From NCBI RefSeq assembly GCF_947568905.1, contig NC_079173.1:18414001-18478000 (forward strand): a stretch of 64,000 nucleotides of DNA. The letters run 5' to 3'. The translations under genes were made by a program, and so were the position numbers. This DNA comes from Ostrea edulis (taxonomy: Eukaryota). This document shows positions 27,251 to 41,414 of the stretch, piece by piece; within the stretch, counting starts at the first letter, position 1; the number at the start of each line of letters is the position of its first letter. The notes below the pieces were generated by a model, which had not been told where the DNA came from, did not search any database, and saw nothing but the letters and a program-made list of their open reading frames with translations.

Positions 27251-29416
27251 TACTACACCAGTGAAAGGGTGAACGAACGTTGAACGGTTTTGTTTAGAAA
27301 AAAAAGTTAATGGGTTTAAACGGTGCGGTTTTCAGCGAGAACGGACGGTTTCTAACGGAAACGGAACGCTTTGGGATTGGGAATGAACGGTTCTCATCGG
27401 GGATGGAACGCTTTGTTCAAATATAGGAGCAAGCGTTTTGGCCTCGATTTCAAATTATACATTTTGGACACTTTTGGTACTCTTTATTCATACATAGGTA
27501 TTGTAGGGAACAATATATTACTTGCCACACTGAAAGTTTAATATTTTTATTGAAATCATGAACACTGAAGGGAAGGGAATTGAAGTTAATTAATATTACA
27601 AGTATACGTGCCTTAAATTTCACATTGGGCTATTTATATTTATGTAATGTAATCAATAGACAACAACTTCAAACTTTCACCAACAAAAAATACAAATCGA
27701 ATTGCGTCAATTCAGGCTTTGTTCGCTGTCCCTATCATAATATTGTCACCCTTTACTGATGAAATGTTATATTTTTTCGATTATTTGAAACACAGAAAGG
27801 TATTTACACAGGTGATTTTAAAGAGGAATTTAGTTTGTACATGATTGCATTGCATGCATTTTTGTAACCTTTAATCAATGCTCATATACTATACAAATGT
27901 ACATTACAGTTAATATAACGTGCCAACCCATTTGAAATTTTCATCATATCCACATTCAGAATAAATGTATCCAAAACGAGATGGATATATGTGCATCAAA
28001 GGGAAAGATAACAAACAATGATCAACCTCATAACTCTTAGAAACAATACAAAAAGATAAATGGGGAAATACGGACCTCTGGACAACCAGAGGTGGGATCA
28101 GGTACCTAGGAGGAGTAAGCATCCCCAGTGGACCGGTCACACCCGCCTTGAGTCCTTGATAAGGTAAAAGGAGTTATTCGTAGGCAAAATCAGAAAACCA
28201 AGAACAGTCAAAAAAACGGTATGAAACACACTAAACACCATTTGATTCAATGCTAGGTTGAATTTGCAAACTAGATCGTTATAACGACCATATAATTTGC
28301 AAAATGCTGACTTTAAACGAGACTGTTGAAACCTCTATACCATCAAGTTGTCTCAATTTAAAAATTTACCATAAGGAGAACAAGTATTGCGTATCGAATT
28401 TAATGATAATTGATAATAAAGGATTCTAATTTCAAAACCAGTGTAATTAATTATCTTCAATAGAAATAATTCATTTTGCGTTTAAGTCAGATTGGGGAAT
28501 ACCCCCATTGTTTCAGTATCACGGTGACTTTTGAAGTTGTTTGATGGTATCTGTAAATGTACGAATTCCATACACCTACATTAAAAGGCTTTGACGAAAC
28601 CTGCCAAATCTAAAGAGGGATATCAAGAAAGCCAATTTCATCTGAAACGGGGACCTATAGTATGTACACTGTGACCACTCACCCATAGACTGGTACACGT
28701 GTACCGTTACATTAGCAACTCTTAGTGTCTCGATCACCTTATAACTTCTTTTGAAGACGACACCACACCAGTTGAATTCATTTTATTTTCCCAACATTTT
28801 CACTATTTTGAAATATGTCAAACTCCCATTAGTCAAAGAGTTATGTGCACTTACAACAGCTCTTATAATTTGATATTTTGTTTGTTTAGAAATCCCCTAT
28901 TGACAACATTGATGATAATGATAATAGCAATGATGATAAAAGAATCACCACTGCACGAAACTTTTCTTTTAATCAACAGTAGCATTGCTGCTATTTAATT
29001 ATTGGTTTCAAAATGATAAGCCCAGTGCACAAATTTTCTTATTCAGTATGTTGGTGTTCGTTCAGAATCTTAATGGAAGTAAATTTGCCGTTTATCCCAA
29101 ATTAAAATATATCCTTTCATGTCGTGATGAGCTGGTGATTTGTCTGTAAACTCTTACGGATTTGAACTGTAGAATTATCCACCTTTGTATAACTTTAAAA
29201 TATGTTCAATCAGAAGCTGTAGTCTACTATCTGGACCAAGCGCCATATTGACCTACAATATGAAACTGACGCACAGTTCCGAATGGCTATTCGGCAACGA
29301 AAACTATGAGGGAACGAATGCTTTGGTCTGGAAACGGAACGTTTTGGGTCCGAAATGGAACGTTAAACGGTTTAAACGGAAGGGTTTAATATGGGAACGG
29401 TTCAAATGGTGCAGTA
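27251..29416. mobile_element. Putative non-autonomous DNA transposon with AACGG-rich subterminal regions
   Basis: TACTACACCA ... TGGTGCAGTA (9/10 inverted match); (G)AACGG clusters at 27270-27415 and 29300-29400; PLE insert at ~27996-28400. Superfamily not assignable. Confidence 0.45.
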
Positions 29417-31209
29417 ATATGCTTCAGGATCGGTATCTAGTATTGTTGTTTTGTCGAAGTCGTTTTCTTGACATAGTTTACAGTAAGCAATACATAGCAT
29501 CATGGTGCGACGTTATAATCAAGCATGCGCAGTACATGTCATATATTACCATATGATTATATGAACATGCTTAAAGTTAATGTGATCAATCTTATTCACA
29601 AATCTCTATTGGCACAGGCATTTTTCATGTACAATATTTTGCTTAAAGCTTGTATTCACCAGTGAATTGCATATGGGACCAGTATCGGTGACATTAGTGA
29701 TAAACCGCGATTTCCTTATTAATCACTTGGATTATATAAATAAACAACACACTACCTTTAAAGTAATTAGATTTCTTTACTTTCATCGAAAAATTCCAAT
29801 TCCATGGGTATGTCAATTGAATATATATTTGTAACAAAAACATGTCACTTTGTATTCCTAAAACGTTGACGTCACCTATTCCGGTGACCATTGTTAATAT
29901 AGGTTTGCAAAAAGTATGTAACTGTAAAAATGTATATACAGGTGGAATGTACAACTAAACGTCAATTGATAAAATAACATAGTGTAGACTTTAAACTTTA
30001 AACTTTTAGTATGCAAGGTGAAGATAACGAACAGTGATCAATCTCATAACTCCTACAAGCAATACAAAATAGATAGTTGGGCTTTATATTGATTTGAAGG
30101 TTTGCTTGCAAAAGTAATAAGTAAATAGACTTATTTTTGGATTGCCCAAGTTGATATTTTTCTCATACTCTCCTTCTAGCAGTTGATTAACGGAAAAAAA
30201 AGACTTGTTCTACATGTGTATGTTTGAAAACAATACAGTGAATTTGATGACGTAATCAAAATCCGGAAGAGACAACACGCACACGTAAACAAAAGGTTAT
30301 TGATTCTGGTCAATCATTGTAATAAGGACAGTCGACGATATTTTTGTTTATGGTCTAGTTATTTTGCAAAATGAGGCAAAATCAACGAAAGTAAAGTACT
30401 TCTGAATTGTTATGACAACGGCATTGGGCACATTTAATGGCACCTGTGATTTTATTTTTCGGCTAATCTCTTCAGAAATATTTGCATATAAGCTATCCCT
30501 GTTGTAATCACGATCGCAGCGTAAATTCAATGCTACATCATCTTTGAACGCTACCCATCAAGAACATGATGATTTCCGACAAACACCTATGTATCAAATG
30601 AAGAATTCCAGTTAATTTAAAGACTTTAACCAGCTCAACATATCCAAATCAAAATTAATGAATTTCTACTTTCACTTTGGAAAAGGGACATAACCTGTCT
30701 TGATCATGAATATACTTGGAAAACGCATTACAGTCAAGAGTCGAGGTGATATAGATTTTTAAAAAAAACTCGCATAATTTCACAATAGCGCAAGTTTTAA
30801 AATCAATTTACTTTCTTAAAATGAAATCTGACATCTCTAATTTTTTATATGTAATACTGGTAGATACGATCTACCTGTGGTTATGTTTCTGCACAAATTT
30901 TAAACAAATTCTTTCATTTTTAGTCAATTGTTTTGGTATTTGAGGGCATATGTTTCGTGTCAAGGGGTTGCAGGAAATCGATTTTATTTTTTAAACATTA
31001 CACACAACATAGCTTAATGAAACAAATGAAAAATGAATACACACATTTTTATAAATGAAAATTCATCATTTGTTGAGGCTCACGTCTTTGCACAAAGTCG
31101 GATGTCTAATTATCATGGAAACACGAATCAAATCACATTTTTAAAGGTGCCATTATATGTATACTTTGTGTAAAATTTCGACAAACTCCGTGTCCGTCGT
31201 TTTCCACAT

Positions 31210-31690
31210 GTTTTGATGCTTACAGAAAATAACACTTAAGTTTATGTAAATGCGTTCGTCCGAGATCTGTTGATGAACCTCCTTTAAGAAATTATCTTTG
31301 TCAATGACAACATTAGTAGAACTTTTGTCTGCCTTTTTAATGGCAATATTATCCCGGTTTGTTAATGGTTGCAATGCCGACCTTTCTTCTTTGTTTAGAT
31401 TGTCTCGGGTTAAATCTGGCTTTGAAAGGATTTTGTCTATTTCTTTATCCACTACATCAATAAGACTCCAAAAACACAACATTTGCCTAGAGGTGGTTCC
31501 CAAGTGTTTCTGGGTCTGTGGAGAGGTTGCTACATTAAATTGTCAGCTGCATCTTGGGGTTGGGGGAGGCTCTGTTATATTAGAAGTCCTTGCGGGAGAA
31601 ATGTTCCTTAAGCTACAGTCGGCCGGAGACTGTTCTAGTATCCTCTATCATTTGTTGATCAATGAATTCACATAACATGTCCATTCATAA
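31210..31690 (-). mobile_element. PLE RT N-terminal relic of a second (Neptune/Penelope-like) family
   Basis: DKEIDKILSKPDLTRDNLNKEERSALQPLTNRDNIAIKKADKSSTNVVIDKDNFLKEVHQQISDERIY matches the NL.xEE.xAL..L....I.IK.ADK motif; upstream RL*LKEHF. Confidence 0.75.
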
Positions 31691-32215
31691 CTCAGGTCCA
31701 CAAATTAGATCACCTCATTTATAGTTTACTTTATTGTCAGATTATTTTTTAAAAAAAATTAGAAATGTGATATGTTTGAAAAGATTGCAAAACCATTCAG
31801 AATCTCCCCCATGCACCACAGAATATAACGGCATTTTCATTTAAGAGTCCATTTTAATTCTGTGATTTATAGAATGTTTCATAGCTTGAAAATTGAAAAT
31901 AAGTTGCGTGCTTTAAACAAATTCATGATCCGTTCATATTCAATATGAACGGATTGTGTGCTGCGCTGAAATTGGTTGATTCGTAGAGGAAAATGCGATT
32001 TGTAATATCAATATTCTTGTATAAACATTATGTGTTCTAGTTTGTACATTATACATCTAAGAATGTGAAACACAATGCTTGATATAAAAGTTTGTCGTTT
32101 TGAGGCATTGGTAAGCTAATAGCGATATGATGATTTCAATAGCAAGTATGTATAATCAAAGTTTGCATTTCCTAAATTAAAATTCTAGTGACATTTTAAT
32201 TAGACATAGCTGTAA

Positions 32216-32246
<31 letters not shown>

Positions 32247-32589
32247 CAATAGAGAAATTTCGTCATTTTTTCCCCGATATTTTGTCATACACTTCCTATA
32301 TAAACCCAAGACACGGGTGCCACATTTGACTGCTTGAAACACAATGTCTTATATATCCTGATAAAAAAGAATAAAGATATCGAAACAGAGTAGTACATTA
32401 GAAAAAGACGTGCACACTTTAGCCGAAAATGTGGATAATTTTGTTTTTGTTTTTATACGTTTGCATATGGACGCAGACATTCGCAGTACACATATCAAAG
32501 TATGTAGCAAGCGTGTTAAAAGTCCTTTATCAGGATAGTATGATACATGTATATTGAAATACTTAGAAACTATCAATTTACATTTGATA

Positions 32590-33500
32590 GAGATACATAT
32601 AGTATTACCTACAACTATACTTCTACTATTGCATTCAAGTTTTCTAATTGTAAACAATCTTTGCAGTGCTTAGATATAGACCATCTTCTACGTAATCCAC
32701 CAACATATTCTTCATATTTTTTTCAACTATCGTTCAGCTGGGCATGTCATTACTAGTGATATTAATATAGTTGAATATGAGGACCTCAACTCACTTATTC
32801 TAAAAGTCATAAATACAGATAATCTCGGTTTTTCAATTGGTGAGATAATTTCATACCTATTATGAATTATGTCGAAGAATATGTCAGACAATGGAACAAA
32901 TAGAAATAGGGCTTGCTACATTTTCAGAATAAATTAAAAGTATAAGACGAATATTAAAATCCCGCATTAGACATATAAAAACAAAAGTACCTACCATCTA
33001 TCCCTTGTGTTTAGTAAACCAGAGGTGATAAAAGAATTAGGTTATATGAGGAATATGTTTTGGTTGCAGCTGACAACGCTTGTAACACTATTTCTTTGTA
33101 AGGTTCACTATTACAACTGTATTATATACGAACTTGGCATTCATTCCACTTTTGGTAATCGTACTTATGCTCCAACTGCCCTTTCAAAAGAGGACATTCT
33201 TCAAAACCATGTTTCAGTTTTGACACATTTAATATCCCAGTTAATGGATTAAATGAATATGAAGATTCCTATACTATATAAAAACCCTAACAAACAAAGA
33301 GACATTGCTGTATCCAGTAAGTGCTTCATTGACAATATCTTCGTGGTCTTTGGTGAGCAGTTCGTCCTACAGTATGTTGTAATTTACCATGGGCAACAAT
33401 TTTGCTCATTTATTAGCTGACCTGTTTTTATCCTATGAAGCAGAATCTATTCAAAAACCTCTACATGAGAAGAAACAATATCTTGCACTTTCAACAGTGA
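32590..33500 (+). mobile_element. PLE (possibly Naiad-type) RT relic, N-terminal and core parts with deletions
   Basis: KQSLQCLDIDHLLRNPPT; VFSKPEVIKEL; KVHYYNCIIYELGIHSTFGNRTYAPTALSKEDILQNH; IDNIFVVFGEQ; YEAESIQKPLHEKK. Confidence 0.75.
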
Positions 33501-33944
33501 ATTACTATGATATATCCATTCAATAAAAATAAAATCATACTTTATATTTTCACTAATGAAAATAGCAACTGATTGTGACGTCATGTTAACTGATAGTGAC
33601 GTTATGTTGTGTTTTACTATACCATCCAGTAAGATTTGAAACAAACTTCTTCTGAAACAAAAGAAATAAATTCCATAGCCAACTACAAACAAATTGTACA
33701 TTTACAAATAGCTCAACAGCATTTAATTATCTGTATCATTTGTTTCTAACCAATCAAACGTCAGTATCACGTCAACAATTAACTAACATTTTGTTATCAA
33801 TAATTAGGGTAGTGTTACAATCAGAAAAGTGTTTTACTCCTCAATAACAGAACTACAGTCAGAATCACTTTGTGGAATATCACCAGCATATAATAAAGAT
33901 TTAGGAAAATTTAAGCTTGAATCATACTGTTGTCCCTGTAACAT

Positions 33945-35490
33945 TTAATACCCTAGGTACCAAAGTACACTGGAAACATGGGCACATTTTGCCACTCTGA
34001 CTCCAACTTTGCACGTGCCGTACCATCCAGTTATTACCCAATCTAAGTTGTTCTGTACAAACAAAGTGTGTGTGATACTATTTCTGTGACGGGACTGCAT
34101 TTTGATGTTTAGAAGGTTTTCTTTGATTTTACAAACATTCAGTTCGTATGAGTTGTTCTTCTTCATTTGCTCTATCGCATCTAATGGCGCTTCCTCTAAT
34201 TGATAAATGTCTAATGTGATTTGACGCAGTTTTTCCTCACTAATTACAGTGAAGTATTTCAGCTGGTCAGACGATCCGTCTACAACTGTATACACTGATC
34301 TCTTCTTCAGCAAGTCCTCTTGTTCTATCAGACTCTGGATATGGTTTCCCTGTTTACTCTTTTCAAGCATTTCCTCTGTTAATTTGATACCGTCTGGATT
34401 TTGTCTTGCAAGCAGCGGTCGATATCTATTTCATATTGTTGAAACCAATCTAATTAATTCACCAATATATGGTATGTAATGATCAGAAACAACTTTGTCG
34501 AAAACCTGCCACTGCTTCAGCCTTCCATTTTCACTCTCGACAAATCCATCTGATTTTTATAACAAGCTGACTAGCATTTGCATCTTCCGTAGAATGTTGT
34601 TTGGTACCCTTCTTCAAACACATTGACATATGTACTGACAATCCCTATTCCTCAAGAAACTCCACCACATCCCGAAAACCTATATCTATTATGCACAAAT
34701 CATTTTCCTGAAGCCAATCATTCAATCCCTTGGCGTTTAAAGTGATCATGTGCTTTTTAATTGCTGTATAATTATTCTAGCCATCTGAAAAGTATGGGCC
34801 TAATACAAACAGTATATATCCATCAATTCCAACGATGACCATTGGCTTCACCAAAGGACACTGCTTGTGCAGACTGTATGACTGGCGTTGGAACTTATAG
34901 TTAGAACTTTTTTTGAAGTTTGAATGACGAATGGAAGTGGAAAAAGCTGCTAAATCTTCAAACTGATCTTTTGTTAAGCCTGTTAGATTGTAACAACCGT
35001 CTTCAGTCAATGATGAAGCGTTGTCAAATTTTAACACAGCAGTCCTTGAGAGAGTTGTCCTCACAATTCCAAGAAGTGAACGTATATCAGTACGATTGAA
35101 GTAAGACGTTGAATACTTGGATTTCAAAGCTACCAAAACAGTTTGTGAAACATACTGTCCTTCTAAATGAGGGGCGTAACACCTTGTCTTTGTATTTACA
35201 AAAAGCGAATTGTGTATGTAAACCTGCGTTCTTTCACTCAGTGGGATTACACAAAGCCTCACTCTTTGATATTTTTTTTCTACAAACAACTCAGTATTTA
35301 TGGGACAAATATGTTGACGGAATGTTGAACTGAATTGTTTTCGGGGTCATAGAATTAGTGTTAGATGGTTCTGGAACACAATATTCAGAATCATCATTCT
35401 CATGATTTCTAATGTTGCTGTCATCATTTTGAGTGTAGTTACCTGGTGTCCTCAGAGACTTATGATAACCCGCCCTACACTTGCTACACA
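33945..35490 (-). pseudogene. Decayed DDE_Tnp_4-type (PIF/Harbinger-ISL2EU group) transposase with C-terminal SWIM-like finger
   Basis: FQRQSYSLHKQCPLVKPMVIVGIDGYILFVLGPYFSDG; DIGFRD; EDANASQLV; C-terminal ITGWYGTCKVGVRVAKCAHVSSVLWYLGY. Stops and frameshifts. Confidence 0.75.
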
Positions 35491-36784
35491 AAACTTCCGT
35501 GTCACTAACTTCCCTTCCTACTCGTTTTGCTACATAGTTGCTACATATTTTCTAATAGCTGGTAATTTCAGTGGACGTCTATCTTTCACATTCGATATTA
35601 GACACAAGGTACAGCTGTATGATTTTGGCATCTGGAAAAGTAACTTTCGATATTCCACACAAGGTACAGCTGTATGATTTTGGCATCTGGAATAGTACTA
35701 AACAACTTTGAATATACGTACATGTAATCTTAAATCCACGTGTTTCTGAAAATGTTACTTAATTATTATGAATGTATGGATTAAAAACATCAAGACTACA
35801 TGACGAGATTGTATAGTTCTAAACTTATGAATAAATATGCACAATCAACAAATTACAGCTCTATTCTTGTTTTACAATATATATTTATTTAAAAGACAGC
35901 AGAATAATATGCACATGGATATTACATGTATATATTTATATTAAACCGTTTTAATTGATATTTATTTAATATGTGCAACTCCATTAAATTATAACACTGT
36001 ACAACTATATTGTACAGTGGCTGGTCGTTTTGTACTGATATATATGTATATATTATTCCTTATTCAGAAGTGTAAACATTAACAAGACTGTTTATGTAAT
36101 TATTCTTTAATCAGGTTTTAATTGTAATATTTCAACAAACACACAACTTTGATTCATATCCAAGTACAAGATATACGTTTTGGTTACTCTTAAAGGACAC
36201 ATCGCATGTTTCTAAACTTATCAATTTTGTTCAGCAAAATTAATCCATTTCATGCCTAAAACTACTTTACATGTGTTTCAAATGAAACAGTTTGCGTAGT
36301 TTTCAAGTTTGAAAGCGATTTCCTTCGATATTTTATGCGCCATTATCTGTGACGTCATATGTGACCTCGAGCGAAAAAAATTGGAAACAGTTGTTAGCCA
36401 TTTCATACACAGATTAGATTTAAGTGACAAAAAACCAATTATCACATTAACGGCTTGTAAATAACACTGCATTAGGGTGTTTTGTGCCGTTGAAGGCTGT
36501 ACTTGTTGTCAATAGAGAGGATTTGGACTGTGTTTTTTTTTTCAACTTTCGAAGGAAAGTATGAGGGACAAGACGTGAATATTTTTTGTGGGCACAACGA
36601 CTTTCCAATAAAAATCAGTAGATTTTGTCCCTGTACTCTTTCAAACATGCACGTGGACAAAGACGTAGATAGATTGCGAGAAAATGGTTCTATCGAAGCT
36701 ATGCTCTGTAACATATAGGCCTACGGCATGTGTTTTCCGTTCAGCTCTCAAATTCAATACACACTGTCACCAACCGATCTTGAC

Positions 36785-38375
36785 TTTTGTATACAAGTAA
36801 TATGAATGTTCTAAAATCAAATATTGTGGAAAGAGTTTATCATCGTTACTATTTACATTGTATTGACATTATTTTTAATGTTGTTTTGATTTTTCAAAAA
36901 AATGTTTTAGATGACTTTAAACTACATTTAAAATGTTTATCATTATATTGTTTATATATCTCAACTGATTCAATATACAAAAACTTGTTCTGCGTATAAT
37001 CAGTTTTTAAATTGAGGTAAGCTACTGACAAACAAGTTGATGATGCAGGGGTTTCAACAGTCAGCATTTAGTAAATTGTATGGTCGTTATAACGATCTAG
37101 TTCGTCAATACAACCTCGTATTGGGTCAAATGCTGTCTGACGTGTTTCATACCGATTGTAAGCCGTTCTTGGCACAGTGATTTTGACTGCGGATAACTCC
37201 GTTTACCTGATCAAGATATACGGCTCACGGCGTTTGTGAGCGGTCAACAGGGGATGCTTACTTCTCCTAGACATCTGATCCCACTTCTGGTGTGTGTCCA
37301 GGGGTCCGTGTTTACCCAACTATCTATTTTGTATTGCTTATAGGAGTTATGAAATTGACCGATATTCGTTCATCTTCACCTTTTATTCATTTGAAGAGAA
37401 TGAATGTTCTATGTACAAAGAGCTACATAGTTTAATATAATCTAAATAGTTTTTGATATTGTTGTTGGTGTTTTGATTTTTCAAAAAATGTTTGAATTTA
37501 CTTTTTTTGTTCAATGAAATGCATTAAAAATATATCATATTCTTTTCAGTTGTACAGAGAGTATTTTCTAAGTCCAAGGAGTGAAAAAAAAGTTTCTTTC
37601 ATTTACACCTACATGTTCTATGTCCAATAACATTTTAATTTTGAAATAAATTCAAACTCTTCTCAAATGAAATGCTTTATGTCCATTTTTATGATCCAAA
37701 TTCAACTTTGTTAATAATTAACAAAAATAAGTGATTTATTTTAAATAAAATATGACAAAAAACTTGTAATGAGGTCGATTGTTGTTATTCAGATGGCAAT
37801 CCATTAGGAAATGCACACCTCTGAATGTTGAAGCCATTTACCCAACATTTGACACAGTACCTATAGAACATTATAATTTCCAGGCGATGTAACCCATCCC
37901 ATTGACTAGAATGTTGAATATGTCTAAAATTGGGACATCAATTGTGTCTAAAACTAAAGCATGATTTTTGAGAATGTTGTCTTTGGAAAGGGTAGTTGAA
38001 GGATAAGTACGCTTACCAAATTTAGAATCTATGCCAAATTTGTTTAGAATACAGTTGTAATAATGAACCTTACAAATAAAGAAAATGTTGTTACAAGCTT
38101 TGTCAGTTAGAACCAAAACACATTCCTCATGTAAGCTATCTAATTCTTTTATTACTTCTGGTTTACACAGAAGAATAAATTGTACGTACTTTCGTTTGGA
38201 TGTGCCTAATGCGAGGTTTTGATACTCCTATTATACTTTTGATCCATTCTGACAAGGTATCAAGAGATATGTATTCTATCAAAATGACGAGTTATTCTTA
38301 AATCCACGAAATACATTGATGAAAATGCTATCAATATAGTCTACTATTGAGTACATCAAATAGTTTCAATGTTTG
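36785..38375 (+). repeat. Local duplication, copy 1 (copy 2 at 41415-42710); includes sense and antisense PLE relics
   Basis: Shared anchors GTAATATGAATG..CTAAAATCAAAT, CAAAGAGCTACA, AGATGGCAATCCATTAG, antisense RT fragments (DKACNNIFFICKVHYYNCILN / EKACNKILFAFKAHYYNCILN), TTGAGTACATCAAATAGTTTCAA. Confidence 0.85.
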
Positions 38376-38986
38376 ATATAAAGTTGGTAGATAGTCTGTG
38401 ATCCTTTTTCAACATTTGAAAGCAAAATTGCAAATACAGAGCTGCCACCCATACATCAGTTTTATTTGAAATTATAGTTTGGAAACTTCCTTTTAGTCAG
38501 TGCGAAATTACAAACCATTTTGCTCATACGCACAAAATGTACCCGAATATCGAATTAGTTGGATACCACACCCAGGTGATAATAAAATATTACTGCATAG
38601 ATATGCACAGGGTAAGATGGAGAAATAATCATTTTCATTTCATTTGTATTTGTTTCAATTAATGTATTTTATACAGTGGAGGAAAATAAAACACCAAAAT
38701 ATGAAACAGATGATCACTGTTCGTTATCTTAACCTTTCATTTGGAAGAATATATGGAGTTTTAATTGAAGTTTACAGGATTATATCATATTAACATATTC
38801 GTGCAAATGATGATTGTTGGATGCATGTAATAGATAAATCATCGTTGATGTACCTAAATGTCATATCTAAAGCCATATTTTGTGCAAACACTTTGTTTCT
38901 GCGTATTGAATCAATATACACAGTAATCGATTTTAATATTGTAGTGTTCATCAATTAAAGTTAATCAGGTAATCTTTCTGATTCAG

Positions 38987-39058
38987 AAACCTGTGGTACA
39001 ATAAGATAACAACGTTGCAGAATGGAATCTTTGATGAGTTGACAAATCTACATACACT
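38987..39058 (+). CDS. LRR exon A (72 nt, phase 2-2)
   Basis: TTTCTGATTCAG|A AAC CTG TGG TAC AAT AAG ATA ACA ACG TTG CAG AAT GGA ATC TTT GAT GAG TTG ACA AAT CTA CAT ACA CT|GTAAAT = NLWYNKITTLQNGIFDELTNLHTL; in frame with exon 1. Confidence 0.88.
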
Positions 39059-39481
39059 GTAAATATTTTGATATAAATACCAATTATTTACAATGCAAGG
39101 GTGAATACAACAGAGAGTAATGAAAATCATAAAAACTTTTAAACAGTATTTCCTGTTTGATAACATAATGTAAATAACATGAAATGTATACTATTTATAT
39201 ACACACTTATTCATGATTCCCTTTAAAAAGTATGAAATGGCAGTGGTTATATATCATTCCATGAATAACATTGATATAGATAATGCACTGGAGGTTATTG
39301 AGAATATATGTAAGTCATGAAATGTTTCTGTTCTCAAATAATGCATACATTTCACATACCTGACACATACATTACAAATCAGACCCGCATTCTAACCACA
39401 TACTATACATATTGTACAAATAAATATGACATATGTACGCATGAGCACTTGTGTTACATATTCGAATATGTATGTCATAAT

Positions 39482-39803
39482 GTTAGTTCCCGAGGGTCTC
39501 TACAGCCCAGTAGCTAAGTACTTCGTTACAAGCTTGAAAATACGGATGTATCTTTAATTGCTGTTATAAAATTTAGAAATTCATTTCAAAATTAGGGATT
39601 ATCTCCCTCATGCCTAGCTGTTATCCTTGGACGAATTTGGCTCCACTTTTTTGGCACGCTGGTTTTCGCTATATTTAGCTCTAAAACTTCATAGTTATTT
39701 CGGATTTCAAACATTTCGGTTGATCATCACTGAAGAGACATCATTTGTCGAAATGCGCATCTGGTGCATCAAAATTGGTACCATATAAGTTTTACTTTAT
39801 GAA
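39482..39803 (+). repeat. Dispersed ~350-bp repeat (family also at 47690 and 48590)
   Basis: CCCGAGGGTCTCTACAGCCCAGTAGCTAAGTACTTCGTTAC...GAAATGCGCATCTGGTGCATCAAAATTGGTACC. Confidence 0.8.
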
Positions 39804-41414
39804 TATATTTACCGTGTTTTTTTGTTTGCTTTCTAAATTTGTTTTCAAACATACATTATATGAATGTTTACAAAAAATGAATAGCATATTACGTCATATG
39901 ATTAAAGGTCTTTGAAATCATCATACAGATAAGAATAAAAGTAACAATGTATAATAATGCTTTCTATATGAATAGAAACCATGAACGTTGAAGATAACGA
40001 ACAATGATGAATCTTATAACAGCTATAAGCAATGCAGATTCTGGAGAGAGATCTGGTAATACGATTGTGAGTCGGCCGACTTTGATGTTGATTTAACAAA
40101 AGTCATACAATAAATTCCTTTTTCTCTGTGGTTGATTTAACAAAGCAATGATTAAACTTTAAAAGTTGTATTCCTGTTTTCGATTACAGTGTCACATTTA
40201 TTTTCACACTTGACCATTAGAGTTACTGAAAACCGTGAAAATAAAATTTCACAGATTCCGATCGTTTAAACTTGTGAAACTTAAGAAATGTAAAAAAAAA
40301 AAGTGAAAAAAAGAAAAGAAAAAAAAATAATTGAAATGTGTTAATTGCAAATATATACTAACTTTAACATTGAAAATGCAGAATACATATTTCTCTTTTC
40401 AAAAAGTTTATTCTGGTTATGTTCAAACGCAATGAATCTTTTTAATCTTGATAAAAGTTGGACACTGTTAAACTTATTATCGACATTAAAAACCACATGA
40501 GGAGTTTGGAGAATATAATATCCATATGTAATATAGAAAATTCTATTTGAAAACTACTTTTAACAATTATCATATGCACATTTTAAGGCTGATTGTTTTT
40601 AAAAGTAAAATTTCATTTCTTAAATAAAGATTGTTCTAGTACAAGACAGGAACGAATACACTTAATCTAATGTTTATTTTGAAGTTTGAATGAAATATAC
40701 CATTCTGATACTTAACTTGGATTTTATCCACACAGTATTTTCCTTGTTTACATGTAAAATTAGAATAATCGAAGTGGTCGCCTTTTCGTCTATAAGACAG
40801 AAAAAAATAACCTGGTTTTGAACTGCATCGACCTCTCTCCCGCCTCTCCCTAACGATTTAGGGTTTGGATATATCGATTAAAGGATTTTCTGAATGTGAA
40901 TTAATTTTTGAAGTCGAAGAAAGTTACCGTCTTGCCAAGAAGAAAGAAATAGTTTGTGTCCATGCTGAAATGTATGCCTGCACAAGGCAATGGATATTTT
41001 GAAATGTCATGCAAATTATCAAAAACCCAAAAGAAGTGAAATTATACATATACAGGGACTGTTAGAGTTAAAGTAGATAATGTGTGTATGTTGTGTTGTT
41101 TACAAAACGATCATTTTTGTGTGTTGATGTGACAAAAATATAATCTAGTGCGTTGTCATGATTTATGATCACTGCTCGTCGCTAATGGACATTGGCTGTG
41201 TTCATTGTGTCACAGGAATACATTCCAAATAAATGATTTGATTCGCAGAATAGGCAAGTTTACACTATGTCCCTGCCGATCAAATCTAATTTGATTTATT
41301 CGTTTGAAATTGATTTTTGTTATTTTATCATCTTAAAAACAATTTGGTTTTGTACATGTATATATTGTTTAAAATTACAAAGGAAAAAGAAATTTTATAA
41401 ATTATTCGATTTTT

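Noticed and set aside
36190-36760. TTAA-AGGACACATCGCA as a Kolobok-like left end
   Set aside because: No matching right TIR found.
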